This document shows positions 22,972-35,427 of a DNA stretch of 37,771 bases, piece by piece; position 1 is the first letter of the stretch, and each line of letters starts with the position of its first letter. Origin of the DNA: Octopus bimaculoides (Eukaryota); NCBI RefSeq assembly GCF_001194135.2, contig NC_068988.1, positions 73,519,923 through 73,557,693 on the forward strand, in the 5' to 3' direction. Below the pieces are notes generated by a model. It was given only the letters and a program-made list of their open reading frames with translations. It was not told the DNA's origin and made no database searches. Position numbers and translations under genes: made by a program.

Positions 22972-24249
22972 TTCACACACACACACAAAGAAAAGCTGTC
23001 GGATTACCGAAATTAAAATTCCGAAATTAAAATGGGTGTCGAGTTTGAAAGTAGTAACAGTCCCAATAATAATTAAGGTATTGGGTAGAGTGAAAAAGGA
23101 TATAATCATAAAACTTCATACCAGGGCTGACTACACTATATACAGTTAAAAAAGTAATCCTGCTTGGTACCACTGAACTGTCAGAATATTAAGCCAGGGA
23201 TGGAATCTCTATATAGTTGCTTGACATGCAAGAAATAGCAACCGAATCTCTCTTAAATAACACGATACCATCTTTAAAAAAAGGACACATTGATTAATAT
23301 AGCCTGATATAAACTGTCTGAAAAAGACAGGAAAAGCATTGCTAGAAAGGTTTTCAGGATATGCTTGATCAGAGCTGACATAGGATTAAGTGAGAAATAA
23401 CTGATTATAGTTTTGATCTGCTACCATTGATTGACTATACGTAGATATATATTGGTACTATTTTCATTTTCATATCTAGCTTATTTTAATTCTGAGATCA
23501 TTGTATTTTGAAGTGGCTTATTGAAGCAAAATAAATGAACAAAAATGTTGAATGATGGCAAAAATGAAATAGTCTCATGTTCAATTTTGCTGACAGAACA
23601 AGGAGATATGTAACTCACAATTGAACAATTAGTAATTATAAGTCAATTAGAATTAAATCAATTAACTCAACTATAATATGCACACCAATATGTTAATTTT
23701 AATTAGAACTAGCATCAAGTCTTACTCTTTTCCATTAATCTGGGTGTACAAGTATAAATTCGTAGTATTGTGTTCAAATATGTTCGAGAAAATACTCAAT
23801 TAATGACAGCGGATCAATTCTATATTTTTTATGCATACTGTGGGAATTGTTTAGTCTCATATCAAACCTGATAAATCAGAGGCACAATAGGTTTTCAGGT
23901 TATAGCCTCCTTATCGTTATGTGTTCTTCTTGCCTAGAGATGGTATCGTGTGATCTGAGGTACATTTAGCTACTATTTCAAGCGATCACACGGGAGTTTA
24001 ATCATTGGCTCAATATTCTGACAATTCTTTCTGATTTTGATACGATAATTCTATTTGGCAGAAAAATCATTTTTGATTTGCATTACACTGATTAGAATGA
24101 AAGTTGTCAACACGTTAATGTTATTGTGACCAGTTATGTTTATAATTACTGAATTATGCGAACTAACGAAAATAGTTGAATAGTAGTCGAATAGCAGCGT
24201 GCTCCTTAAATTTTATTGTCTAGCAGTAGAAGCAGTAAAGGAAGGACGA

Positions 24250-24495
24250 ATAAGAGGAAGAGGAAGGGGTGAAGAAGGAGGAGGAGGAGATGTAGGAGGC
24301 GGAGTAAAAGGAAGAAGAAGAAGAAGAAGAAGGAGGAGGAGGAGGAGGAGGAGGAGGAGGGGGAGAAGAAGAAGAAGAAGAAGAAGAAGAAGAAGAAGAA
24401 GAAGAAGATGAAGAAGAAGAAGAAGAAGAAGAAGAAGAAGAAGAAGAAGAAGAAGAAGAAGAAAAAGAAGAAGAAGAAGACGAAGAAGAAGAAGA
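24250..24495. repeat. Polypurine (GAA)n/(GGA)n tract
   Basis: Direct reading. Confidence 0.97.
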
Positions 24496-24595
24496 AACGT
24501 TGATTGTTGAAGCACTTCTGGTGTCCCAGAAATAGATGTTTTAGTGGAGCACTAAGTTTGTCACTGCTATAATTATCGTTTTCAAATTTCTAAAG

Positions 24596-24651
24596 ATTTA
24601 CTGAATCGAGAGAAACGTGTTCAAACGCAAAGCAGTGATGCAGAAGAAACA
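24596..24651 (+). CDS. Candidate coding exon C (phase 1-0, 56 nt; could also be terminal via read-through VSKIFHRN*)
   Basis: Acceptor tcgttttcaaatttctaaAG, donor ACA/GTGAGC, frame (D)LLNREKRVQTQSSDAEET; phase-compatible with exon B. Confidence 0.35.
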
Positions 24652-25371
24652 GTGAGCAAGATATTTCATAGAAACTAATGTAGGTCGCACGTGTAAACTC
24701 TCGCTTTAGTTAGAATGATGAGCCTGAGGGATGCAAGAAGCAAGGCCTACAACACTAAGTATAAAATAGAGACAGGACACAGCCGACTGCTGAGGGTTTC
24801 TATGAAAAGTAATTGAACTGCACACCTATCTGTTTGACATCTTCTTTGACACTATTGTGTCCTAATGGAAGTGCAATACTGTTCATATTTTAAAATGATG
24901 TCTGGAAATGGGACAGAATTAAATTTTGTCCCAGCAACTACTTTTCCTACATTTAACCATGGTAAAAATTATTTTAAATTTTGTCTGTTACCAAAAGAAG
25001 CAATAGTGACAATGCGAATGTATGTTGAATTATGTATAAAACATTATATATAACTGAAAAATACATTTCCTCTACTATTATTTTCATTGTTATTTTTGTT
25101 GTTATTCTTTTTAAAAATTAGATTTGTTACAATTATTCTAAATCTAAGTACATCTGTTTGGTTGCACTACAATTGTGAGAGACAGACTGACTGTCTTCAA
25201 AGTTCGTTGTCTTTACTGACTTCAATGAACATCGTAATTAATTTTGTTTCCATTCCTCGATAACTTAACTACCAGTAATATACTTAGGTATTCTATACGA
25301 ATACAGCCTCTTCACTTACAAAAAGACCTTTTACCTACACAAAAAAATAGTCATCATCATCATCATCATTA

Positions 25372-25471
25372 TTATGGGTTTAAATCCCGCCGAGGTCGAC
25401 TTTACCTTTCATCCCTCCAGACTGATAAAATATGTACCAGTCGAGTACTGAGGTCGATGTAATCGACTAGC
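25372..25471 (+). mobile_element. SINE fragment
   Basis: GGTTTAAATCCCGCCGAGGTCGACTTTACCTTTCATCC...GTACCAGT...GTCGATGTAATCGACT. Confidence 0.85.
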
Positions 25472-26237
25472 AAATCTTTTCTGTTTGGCTGCACCTGTGG
25501 AAATTTAAAGTTTAGTGGAAATTTTAAAATTCGATGTATTAATGTAATTTTCCACGCTGAATCTCAGGGGCTAATTCACCTTTTCCGGAAATTTCTTTTT
25601 TAAAAGTTACAGAGGTTTAAAGTTTGATAATTTTTACCCAGTCTGAAAACAGGATTCGGAGGCTGTCCTTTTGTGCGTGACTGCACGTTTTGTCAACTGG
25701 AAACAAATTGGCGGGATTCTGCTTTACACACGCCATATAATCCCTCATAACTTATTTTATTTTTTTGAATTTTCAGAAAATTTTTGCAAATTCGTATTCT
25801 ATACACAGGAATTCATACGATTATGCAAAAAACAAACAAAAATTGGTGCGTGATTTAAGACCTATTTAGCAAATATGTTTAGCACAGTCATGACCACCTG
25901 TGTTTTAAGCATTTAATAAGAGAAAAATGACCACGTGAGCAAGCAGCTCCGTAACAGCTTGATTTGTTACAATTGAAACTGGCAGCTACGTGACTGGCTT
26001 TCGATTGGTTAAAATTACCCAAAATTTGCAAACTTTAAAAGCTATTAACTCTTTATTTATTTATTTATTTATTTATGGTGAAAATGAATTTCCTGTCAAT
26101 GATTACCATATAAAACTGCATCAACACATCCAATATGAAATCAATTGGTACAAAAAATTGAAGAAATTGAAAGTGGAAACCAAACAGAAAAGATCCTGAC
26201 TATCCTCTTCCTCCAAAATTTCAAGCCTATAGCAAAG

Positions 26238-26261
26238 GTTATTATTGTTATCATTATTATC

Positions 26262-26316
<55 letters not shown>
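26238..26316. repeat. (TTA)n microsatellite
   Basis: Direct reading. Confidence 0.95.
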
Positions 26317-26317
<1 letters not shown>

Positions 26318-26319
26318 TG

Positions 26320-27195
26320 TGTGGTAGTATTTATGGAGCTGGTTCTGATAGCGATAGACGTATTGACGATTGTAGTGCTGGAGGGATTGGTGTTGCTGTA
26401 GATTTGTCTGTTACTATCGTGGGTATGTATTCTATGTTTTTTTGAAGTTGTGTTGATGTAGGGTATAATGTTTTATTGTTTCATTTTTGTTTTATTCCTT
26501 TGGTTTTGGGGGTTCCCCCTCATTTTCACTGCATGATGCAGAGGTATCAGTATCTGTGGAATCGGGGTGTGAGTCTATGTATGTATTTGAGTTTGGAGGA
26601 GACGGAGAGTGGGAGGGAAAGAGGAAGAGCTTCGTTGGGAGAGCCCCTGGGTGTTGTGTACATCCCGTTAGTATCATTCTTTCTACTGTAGAAAGTGGTG
26701 ATGGTGGTAGTGCATCTGCTGCTGGTGTTGTTGGTATTGCTTGTATTGCTGTTGTTGCTGGTGCTGGTATTCTTCAAACATTTGCTGATTTTGCTGTTCT
26801 TGTTGTTGATAATGCCGTTGTTGCCACGGTTGATGCTGCTTTTGTTGTTGTTGTTCGTTATTAGTTTAGTTGCTGGGACTTTTTGGGACTTTCTTCTGTT
26901 CGGAGCAGAAAATATCTCAAGTGACCAACCTCCCCACACAGATGGCATCATGACTTTTTACCCTCAACTGTAACATGTAGCTCTTCCCCTCCCAGAAGAC
27001 GAATGAGGTCTGGGATCTTATGGGTCGTATCTTGTTTAATGTAGAGTAGTACCTCCTTACTGATCCCGGACCAATTTTCACGACCAGTCCGCTTCTCCTC
27101 CAGGAGACTGTTACTTCTTTCCAAAACAATACACTCCCTAATCCACCATAAATTTACATCTGATGAAATTCCTGACCATTATCCTCACCGCCCTC
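26320..27195 (-). pseudogene. LINE ORF1-like (gag-type CCHC zinc knuckle plus Thr/Pro-rich tail), inverted relative to the adjacent ORF2
   Basis: CHLCGEVGHLRYF(C) = C-x2-C-x4-H-x4-C at ~26905-26947 after removing one frameshifting base, followed by a low-complexity T/P/A/S region. Confidence 0.7.
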
Positions 27196-27199
27196 CTTA

Positions 27200-29720
27200 C
27201 TAAATACGATGGTAAGAGCACATAAATGGGCAAGCTGAATGCGTCTTTCCAGGCGCGTCAAGATTTCAGAGACCAGATTAGCAAGTTAGTCCATCGGAAG
27301 CTGTCGAGTGCAATCATCAACAACTGATGGTGGAGAGCCTTGGAGAGGGCTATTAGAGTAGAAGCGTTAAGTTTTAGGAAGCAAAGACCATTAGAAGAAT
27401 CTAGAATGGAGGGAGATCAAGTCAAGAAGTTAGAAGAAACACTTAGAAGAGGCATAGTGACCGACATGCTGCTGGAAAAATATGCACTTGATCAATTCTT
27501 CAATGCCAACCGCGAAGATTGTGTTGTCAGAGCTAGGGTACGTGCACTAAGACATGAAGGAATGAAAGCTACTTGATGGGCCTGGATGGCAGGGGCGTAA
27601 CGTAGCAGCAAAACCACAATTCGGTCTTTGACGGGCCGGGACGGGTGCATGCTACCTCAATCCAAGCAGGTTTGGACGGAATTTCAGTGGCATTTTGCTG
27701 AAGTGTACAGAACGCACAGTACGGTGGAGTCGGAGGTGGATTTCATCTTCTCTCTGCATCCGTCATGGGTGCAGAGTCCTGCGAAATGTCGATAACAGCT
27801 GAAGACATACGAGACGTGATAACTGGCTGCACAAAAAAAGGCTCCGGAGTGGGATCGTCTGCCCTTCGAGCTTTATCTTCACATACCAGATTTGTTCGGG
27901 AATCTCCTGGCGGATGTCTACCACAACTCGCAGCAGAACGGAAGAATTCCCAGTTTTTGAGCCGTGGTCTGGTGGTGCTGTCGAGAAAGAACCCGAACAA
28001 GAAGGACCAAATGGATAATTTCTGACCCATAACTCTACTGAATGCAGATTATAAGATTTTGGCCAAGTGTTAAGTAGTCAAGAGGTAGATGCTTATCGTT
28101 GATAAGCTAATCGGTGACGTGCAGACGTGCTATCCTAAGCAGATCTTTCCACGACAACCTCCACCTCACGCACTACATCAGAAAGAAGTTAAGTAAGGAA
28201 CCTGGTATAGGCGGGCCCTGATCAATTAAGATCAATCGAAATCTTTCGATAGGGTTGACCACTGAAACTTGGAGGCTGTCCTCGTAGCGGTCAGTTTCGA
28301 TCTCGTCTTCAGAGACTTGACTGCTGCAATGTACAGAGACAGCTGTTCGGTGGTCAAAGTAAATGGCCACCTATCCGAATCATTTAGAATTGCATGATTG
28401 GTCTGTCGAGGATGCTCACTCTCACCGTTCCTGTACCTGGTGGCTCTCGAGTAATTTCTAAGGAAGTTGGATGTTTCATGTGGCATCCCATGTGAACTAG
28501 AATGCGGAAGGTTCGTGTTGACTTATGCGGACTACGTCAAAGTAATAGTGTTGGACATCTCGGAAATTGAGGTGATCGGCATTACTCTAAGGGAATGCGA
28601 AGTGGTGACAGGAGCAAGAATTAATCAGAAGTCAGTAGGCCTGCACTTGGGTACTTTGGGTGGCAACTCCATGTCGTCTGACAGCGTTGTGGGGTGCTGG
28701 ACGGAAGAACTTGTTAAATTGCACGGGATCTTGTTTGGTCCGGATCTCCAGGTGGGCATGAACAGTAGGGAGGTGACGAGAAGGGTGGCCATTCTCATCC
28801 AGAAACGAGCAGAGAAGAAGCTATCTCTGAAGGGGCGGGCAGAGGTGACTAATGCGTACAACGCTTCTGTCATCTATTACGCCTGACCGTCGTCCTTGCT
28901 CTGCTTTGGTGCTGATCTAGTTGGAGCGCTTGCTTTTCTGCTTTCTGTGTGTTCCGCTCATCAGACGGTCCACTAGCTGAGTGGAGGACTGGGCATGCTG
29001 TGGTTAATGATGTGCAGGCATGCGCTGATGCTGCGACATTTCCAACGTTTCCGTAACAGTANNNNNNNNNNNNNNNNNNNNNNNNNNNNNNNNNNNNNNN
29101 NNNNNNNNNNNNNNNNNNNNNNNNNNNNNNNNNNNNNNNNNNNNNNNNNNNNNNNNNNNNNNNNNNNNNNNNNNNNNNNNNNNNNNNNNNNNNNNNNNNN
29201 NNNNNNNNNNNNNNNNNNNNNNNNNNNNNNNNNNNNNNNNNNNNNNNNNNNNNNNNNNNNNNNNNNNNNNNNNNNNNNNNNNNGCTTCGGGAGGAATCAA
29301 TTGGCTGGTCTTTTACGAAGGACTTTCGGGCTGGGACCTATAGATAATTTCCAGAAATCCCTGGCCTGGCAGTGTTACCGGAGAGTTCTGCCGGTTCGAG
29401 ACAAGCTCTACAGGCACAGAAGTGTTGTCAGACGGACCAATCCGAGATGTGCGCTGGGCGATGAAACCGTTCTGCATGCAATCGTCCTGTGTCCGGGCAT
29501 TGCTGACTTGAGAAGCTTTGTCGATCAAATGTTGACGCGAGGTAGAACGAATCCCATTATCGGCCAAGTCTCTGATTAGGATCGCTCCGCTGCCTTCTTT
29601 TGACCGGGAAGGGGAAGTAGTTTTCCTGTTTCTGGTGGCTATGACGAAAGAGGTCGTGTGGTACACGTGGTTGAAAGGGATGAAGACAAATACTTTCCTC
29701 TTCGGCAAGCTCTCATTGAC
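27200..29720 (+). mobile_element. Tx1/L1-clade LINE ORF2 remnant (endonuclease mostly missing)
   Basis: KLNAS, WW..LERAIR, DNF*PITLLNADYKILAK (~28012), DQSK.FDRVDH, RGCSLSPFLY, TYAD, KLSLKGRAEV, and C-terminal SLAWQCYRRVLPVRDKL...CALGDETVLHAIVLC zinc-finger region. Many frameshifts; one gap. Confidence 0.88.
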
Positions 29721-29723
29721 AAT

Positions 29724-29926
29724 CAGTTGAAGACACACAAGATGTCGAAATATCGTTCACGAGATAACAATGGCACTCTTCTTTTAATTTTGACTCTATA
29801 TCTTCAGGAGGAGTTACCTTAATCCTTTCTATATTAACCAAAATGAAGTAAATTGACAAATTTGTTTTTTGAACCAGTTGAAGACACACAAGATGTCGAA
29901 ATATCGTTCACTAGATAACAATAGCG

Positions 29927-29929
<3 letters not shown>
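29724..29929 (+). repeat. 55-bp direct repeat pair (29724-29778 / 29875-29929)
   Basis: First 37 bp identical (CAGTTGAAGACACACAAGATGTCGAAATATCGTTCAC); 3 mismatches in the remaining 18. Confidence 0.93.
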
Positions 29930-29976
<47 letters not shown>

Positions 29977-29977
29977 T

Positions 29978-30446
29978 GAGGTGGCGAGACGACCGAATCG
30001 TCAGCACGCCGGACAAATGCTTAGCGGCATTTCGTCCGTCTTTACGTTCTGAGTTCAAATTCTACCAAGGCCGTCTTTGCCTTTCGTCCTTTCAGGGTCG
30101 ACTAAAATAAGTACCAGTTGAATACTGAGGTCAATATAATCGATTACCCCCGCCCCATTAAAATTGCTGGCCTTGTACCAAAATGTGAAACCATTATTAT
30201 TATTTCGTCCTTCTTTACGTCCTGAGCTCAAATTCCGCTTGGTCAACTTAGCCTTTCATCCTTCCGGGGTCGATGAAGTAAGCACCAGGTATCACTGGGG
30301 TCGATGTAATAGACTAGCCTCCTCCCTTTGTGCCTATAATAGAAAGGATTATTGTTATTATTACTGCAGAGTTGAAGTCTGGGGTCGATGTAATCTACTT
30401 AACCCCTTCCCCGAACCTGCTGGCCTTGTGCCTAAATTTGGAACTC
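29978..30446 (+). mobile_element. Cluster of three same-strand SINE pieces (29978-30192 full length; 30204-30350; 30376-30446)
   Basis: B-box GTTCAAATTC, shared core, and (ATT)n-like tails between copies. Confidence 0.9.
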
Positions 30447-30795
30447 TTATTACTATTGAGTGTAGCGGGAGAAATGGCAATGTTTTGCTTCGTTAATTTA
30501 CTTTTTTTAATTCTAATAAAAGCAGGATTCAACATGGTAGGGTCAATTAAATTAATTATCAACACCTCACAACCTGCATTTCCTACCCCTTTACGGTTTT
30601 TTTTATTTAATGACGCTGCAAAAATTCCCGATTCTCAAATTGAACGTTACAACTTGCCATAGAGTAACTTTAACTAGAAGTAATTATTTTATTATAATTT
30701 GTAGGAATGGAAACACGTGAAAGTATGCCATTATGTAGCTTTCTCTTTTATTTTACTCTTGGGTCGTCAATATCTACAATATTATATAATGATCC

Positions 30796-31302
30796 ACAGT
30801 GTAGCTTGCCTTAATATTTCAGTAAAATATCTCAATACGCAAAGTATATGTATAGTATAAGATGACGCTTCACTCATAAAATTAGAAATATAGTAAATTC
30901 TGATATTTCATAACAGTAAGAACGATATGTTGATAAACATTCATAGGGGATATACTCATAAAACATGGCAAATATAAATGTAAACACTACATAAAGCATA
31001 AAGCATATTTGCATATACATAAATATCTAGTGTACAGTAATATTCATTATATATCCAAGTGACGCATATAAATATATAGAGCTCAATTGCATATGTCCAG
31101 TAGAAATTACTGGATACAATTCAATGAGATGAAATTATAATATAGATACATGTATTTTCAGAAAAATATCAAGTAAATAATCTGGTGACATTTTCCCTTT
31201 TACAAATGTGTTGTTATTAAATGTGATACGAACAACTGCTGGCCTAAAAGTATCTAGTGTATGCAAAATACAGTTTAGTATAACATTTTAGCGTGATTAT
31301 AT

Positions 31303-31351
<49 letters not shown>

Positions 31352-31357
31352 TGTCTG

Positions 31358-31410
<53 letters not shown>

Positions 31411-31415
31411 TTGTC

Positions 31416-31461
<46 letters not shown>

Positions 31462-32422
31462 GCGCACGCGCACACGTACACTTATTGGCAGTTTCACATG
31501 ATGAGCGAGTGGCAAAGGTATCTGTTTCTATTCGTGACTACTTAGCACACACACAAAAAAGAATTCACATTCAGCGCAAGGCACGCAGCTAATGATGGGC
31601 GCACGTGTACGTGTGCATATGTGTGTGTTTGTGTGTCTTGACAGACTGTTTCGTTACAAATAACTAAATTCCCGAATAAAATATTTGTTGAAAGATATAT
31701 GTCATGCGTTAAAAGGAAACACCGGAGAGATTCATAATTACGTTCTCTAAACTTATGGAGTATAAGACATTAGTCACTGGTTAACTATATATTCCGATGT
31801 ACAGACTCTACTAGAAAGTATACATGTATATTCACACACATTCATACATATGCAGGCACGCAGATACAAATACATGCACAGACTAAAATACAACGTTTCG
31901 ATAGAACTGATGCCAATTATATAATAAATGGGTAAATAATATATATTCATTGGTTTCTCAACAGAGTAGCTTAAATTTTCAGTGCGTGATACAAATATAT
32001 ATGTATAATCTAAAATTCATAAAATTAGAAATATGGTAAATTCCTATATTTCATAACAGTAAAAACGACACGTTAATGAAAATTCATAGGGGATATACTC
32101 ATAAAACATGGCAAATATAAATGTAAACACTAAGGCATAAAAGCATATTCGCATATGAATAAATATCTAGTGTACAGTAGTATTCATTAAATATCCAAGT
32201 GACGCATATAAATATATAGAGCCTCATGGAATATTTCCAGGAGAAATATCAAAGAGATGAAATTATAATATAGATACATGTATTTTCAGAAAAATATCAA
32301 GTAAATAATCTGGTGACATTTTCCCTTTTACAAAAGTGTTATCAAATATGACATGAACAAATGCTGGCCTAAAAGTATCTAGTGTATGCAAAATACAGTT
32401 TAGTATAACATTTTAGCGTGAT

Positions 32423-32452
<30 letters not shown>
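30796..32452 (+). repeat. Direct duplication of an AT-rich ~500-bp unit ending in (TG)n (30796-31330 and 31961-32452)
   Basis: Long identical blocks, e.g. GATACATGTATTTTCAGAAAAATATCAAGTAAATAATCTGGTGACATTTTCCCTTTTACAAA, in both copies. Confidence 0.93.
31300..31460. repeat. Compound microsatellite (TG)n(CTGT)(CTAT)n(CT)n
   Basis: Direct reading. Confidence 0.96.
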
Positions 32453-32455
<3 letters not shown>

Positions 32456-32706
32456 GGTGCTAGGGATATTGAGGAAAACTTAATTAATTTTCTTTTTTTA
32501 TTTCTTTCAGATCCCCTGTGGCAGATAAAGTGCTTATACAAGAAATTAAAAGACATGTGGTCATTGTTACCATAGATGCGGCAAACAGTTATTTAAAATT
32601 GCCAACTTTCTAAATGTTTCAAGAACTTTTATATATAAAATTCGGATGGAATTGGAACCTTCTGGTGGGAATTTTTCGACTGAATCGAAGAGAGGGAGAG
32701 AGCGAG

Positions 32707-32753
<47 letters not shown>

Positions 32754-33714
32754 TTCAAACGTTCGGACACAATAGGATATCACAATCTAAAAGAAAGAGT
32801 TCAAAATACTATGGATCATAAAATCCCGGAAAATCAATGAGGGCCACCTTTAGGTGACGGAGTAGGCTATCAGAACTGTAGTGCACTACCATATTCAATA
32901 TAAGTCGTATGTAATGGGGAGAGGATCATTCATGTCTACAAATATACAGGAAAACAGTTTAATCTGTGCCAATCGGTTACTTAATATGGTTAAAAACCCT
33001 CACGAAGATAGTATACTTTAGTTCTTCTCTGGTGAGAAACACTTCGACCAAGAGAGAAATTACGGATGGTTATGTGCAGGTCTTTCTGAAGCCTCCAGAG
33101 TGATGACCACTAAACTTCTAGCAACTGTGATGATTTTAGGGGTGGTGAGTCACGAATGTCATGTCATGCCACTTCACATCTTTCCACGGGGTCTTAAAAT
33201 TGTTGCTGCTGAGCACACTGATGTGTTGGAGACAGTTGGTCAGCCCTGAATGGATGAATTACGCAGCGGAACGCCATTACATGTTTCAACCAGATTCAGC
33301 ACCTTCTCACAAAGCCCATGTAACCCACATATGGATGTCAGACAATCTTTATGACCATGTCGTATCAAACTTGCGGCCTGCAAACTCACCAGATTTAAAG
33401 ACCATGGACTACTATATTTGGAACATTGTTGAATGGGAGACTAATTGATATTTTCATAACAGCATTGCTTCACTGAAAGCCGCCATTGTCCATGTGATGT
33501 CCGAAATGAATAAAGATCACTTTGTGCAGGTATGTCAACGATTCTGGTCCCGCATTTAAACAGTCATCGAATCCGAAGATGGATTCGTATGTAAATCTTA
33601 AAAGAAAGCTTATCGAGAACATGAGCATACATTGTTATTAAAATAAATATCGTTTTTACTAATATAGAACTAATTCAGCAAACTACTTAATATGTTCTCA
33701 AATACCTTTCGCAC

Positions 33715-33718
<4 letters not shown>
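32453..33718 (+). mobile_element. Full-length degenerate maT/Bmmar1-type (DD37D) transposon
   Basis: NPGKSMR, YKSYVM, FFSGEKHFDQ, VMILGVVS, FQPDSAPSH...NSPDLKTMDYYIW with 37 residues between the last two Asp. Degenerate TIRs CAAGGTGC.. / ..GCACCCTG; flanked by (TG)n on both sides; (GA)n expansion at ~32689-32748. Confidence 0.88.
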
Positions 33719-33765
<47 letters not shown>

Positions 33766-33950
33766 NNNNNNNNNNNNNNNNNNNNNNNNNNNNNNNNNNN
33801 NNNNNNNNNNNNNNNNNNNNNNNNNNNNNNNNNNNNNNNNNNNNNNNNNNNNNNNNNNNNNNNNNNNNNNNNNNNNNNNNNNNGTGTGTGTTTGTGTGTG
33901 TGTGTGTCTGTGTGTGTGTTTGTGTGCGCATGCGTGTGCCGTCTTCTTTA

Positions 33951-35150
33951 TAGTAAGTTGTTTCACGTGAAATGTCGCATTTTTAATTACTTGTTATTTC
34001 AGTCATTTAAAAATTCAATTATGTATACCTTGCATTTAATCTTGACTCTTTTTCTTTCCCAACAATATTGGTATACAGAAATCGTACCCACAGACCTTAT
34101 GAAAATGATAACAAACAATGTTGAGTGATTTTCTCGTATGAGTACAAACTGGATCACTCTGCCGCAGAAGCACTACGGAATATCAAGCGGGCCTGTTGAC
34201 ATCAGAACTGTTCAGAGATGGTTCCAAAACTCTCGCTCAGGAGATGATAGTTTTGAAAATAAACCAAGGGGTAGACCAAAATCAGTTAATTGGCATGATG
34301 GATTAAATGCTTTGGTTGAACAAAATCCGAGAACAAAGGTTCGAAAATTTTCATTTGAATCCAAACACCTCGCTCAACTGTCTTTGGACACCTGTAAAAA
34401 AACTGGAAAAGTCAAGAAAACAAATAGGTTTGTTCCACGTCAACTGAGCAAGATTCAAAATAACAAACGCCTCGAAGTGTGCTCCTTATTGCTTTCTCGA
34501 CTGGAAAAAGACTATTAATTGTGATGAGAAATGGATATTCTTTGACAACAGCAGGAGAACAGGACACTGATTAGATGCAGGAGAGTCACCTAAGCACTGC
34601 TCAAACCCACCATTGCACCCTAAAGTTAGTGGTCACTGTAAGGTGGTCTGCGAAGGGAGTTATTCATTATTTATTTTTGCAACAAGGAAAAACGGTAACA
34701 GCAACATCGTATTGCCAGGAAATTGATTGTATGCATGAGAATTTGAAAAAGAAGCAACCCAGACTAGTGAATAGAGATGGCCCAATTTTGCTCCACGACA
34801 ATGCACGTTCTCTCACTCCTCAAGCTACGGTCCAAAAGTTGCAAAGCCTGAATTATGAGATTCTGCAACATCCTCCGTATTCCCCTGATATCTCTCCTGC
34901 TGATCATCATTTATTTAAGCATTTTGAGCTTTTCATAAGCAATGAAACATTCTTAAATAGAGAAGAGGTTATTGAAGTAGCAAAAGAGGAATTTTTTTTA
35001 AAGATGGAATATATGACATAGAGAAACGTTGGGTAAACTTCATAAATGAACATGGATCATACTTTGATTAAATAAATCAGTTCTCTAACACTTCTGAAAC
35101 ATTTTATTGTTACCTTTCAAATACGATATTTCATATGAAATAAACTAATA
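33951..35150 (+). mobile_element. Full-length degenerate mariner (DD34D) transposon
   Basis: RTVQRWF, GRP, FVPRQL (WVPHEL-like), CDEKWIFF, HDNAR...HPPYSPDISPADHHLF with D-34-D spacing. ~32-bp TIRs (33951-33982 / 35119-35150, about 25/32 identical) with TA ends. Confidence 0.92.
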
Positions 35151-35427
35151 TATAACGCTGTCTCTCTCCTGTATCTCTTTAAAATGTTTCCTCTCTCCTG
35201 CAGCCTACAATAACTTCTTAACTCTATAGTTCTCGAAGTTTCTTTCAAAATGTTGCCTTATAAACCTTGCAAAGAACAGAATACTGAAAATCTTCATAGT
35301 CTTCCGTTTCTCTAGCATTGTCGTTGTTTTCTGTTTGGAAGGGTCTTAGTTAACAGTTCTTGCTTTTCACATGCAAATTTTCATTATCTAGATCAGTGAA
35401 TCAAATTATTCAAGTTAACTCCAGGTT

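Noticed and set aside
24199-24515. Poly-Arg and poly-Leu ORFs
   Set aside because: Simple readings of the (GAA)n/(GGA)n tract.
29724-29929. Direct repeats as a CRISPR-like array
   Set aside because: Only two repeats, eukaryotic context, and no cas genes or regular spacers.
32490-32615. Strong acceptor ttttcttttttatttctttcAG followed by a short open frame
   Set aside because: Lies inside the TIR-bounded maT element 5' region, so there is no evidence it is a host exon.
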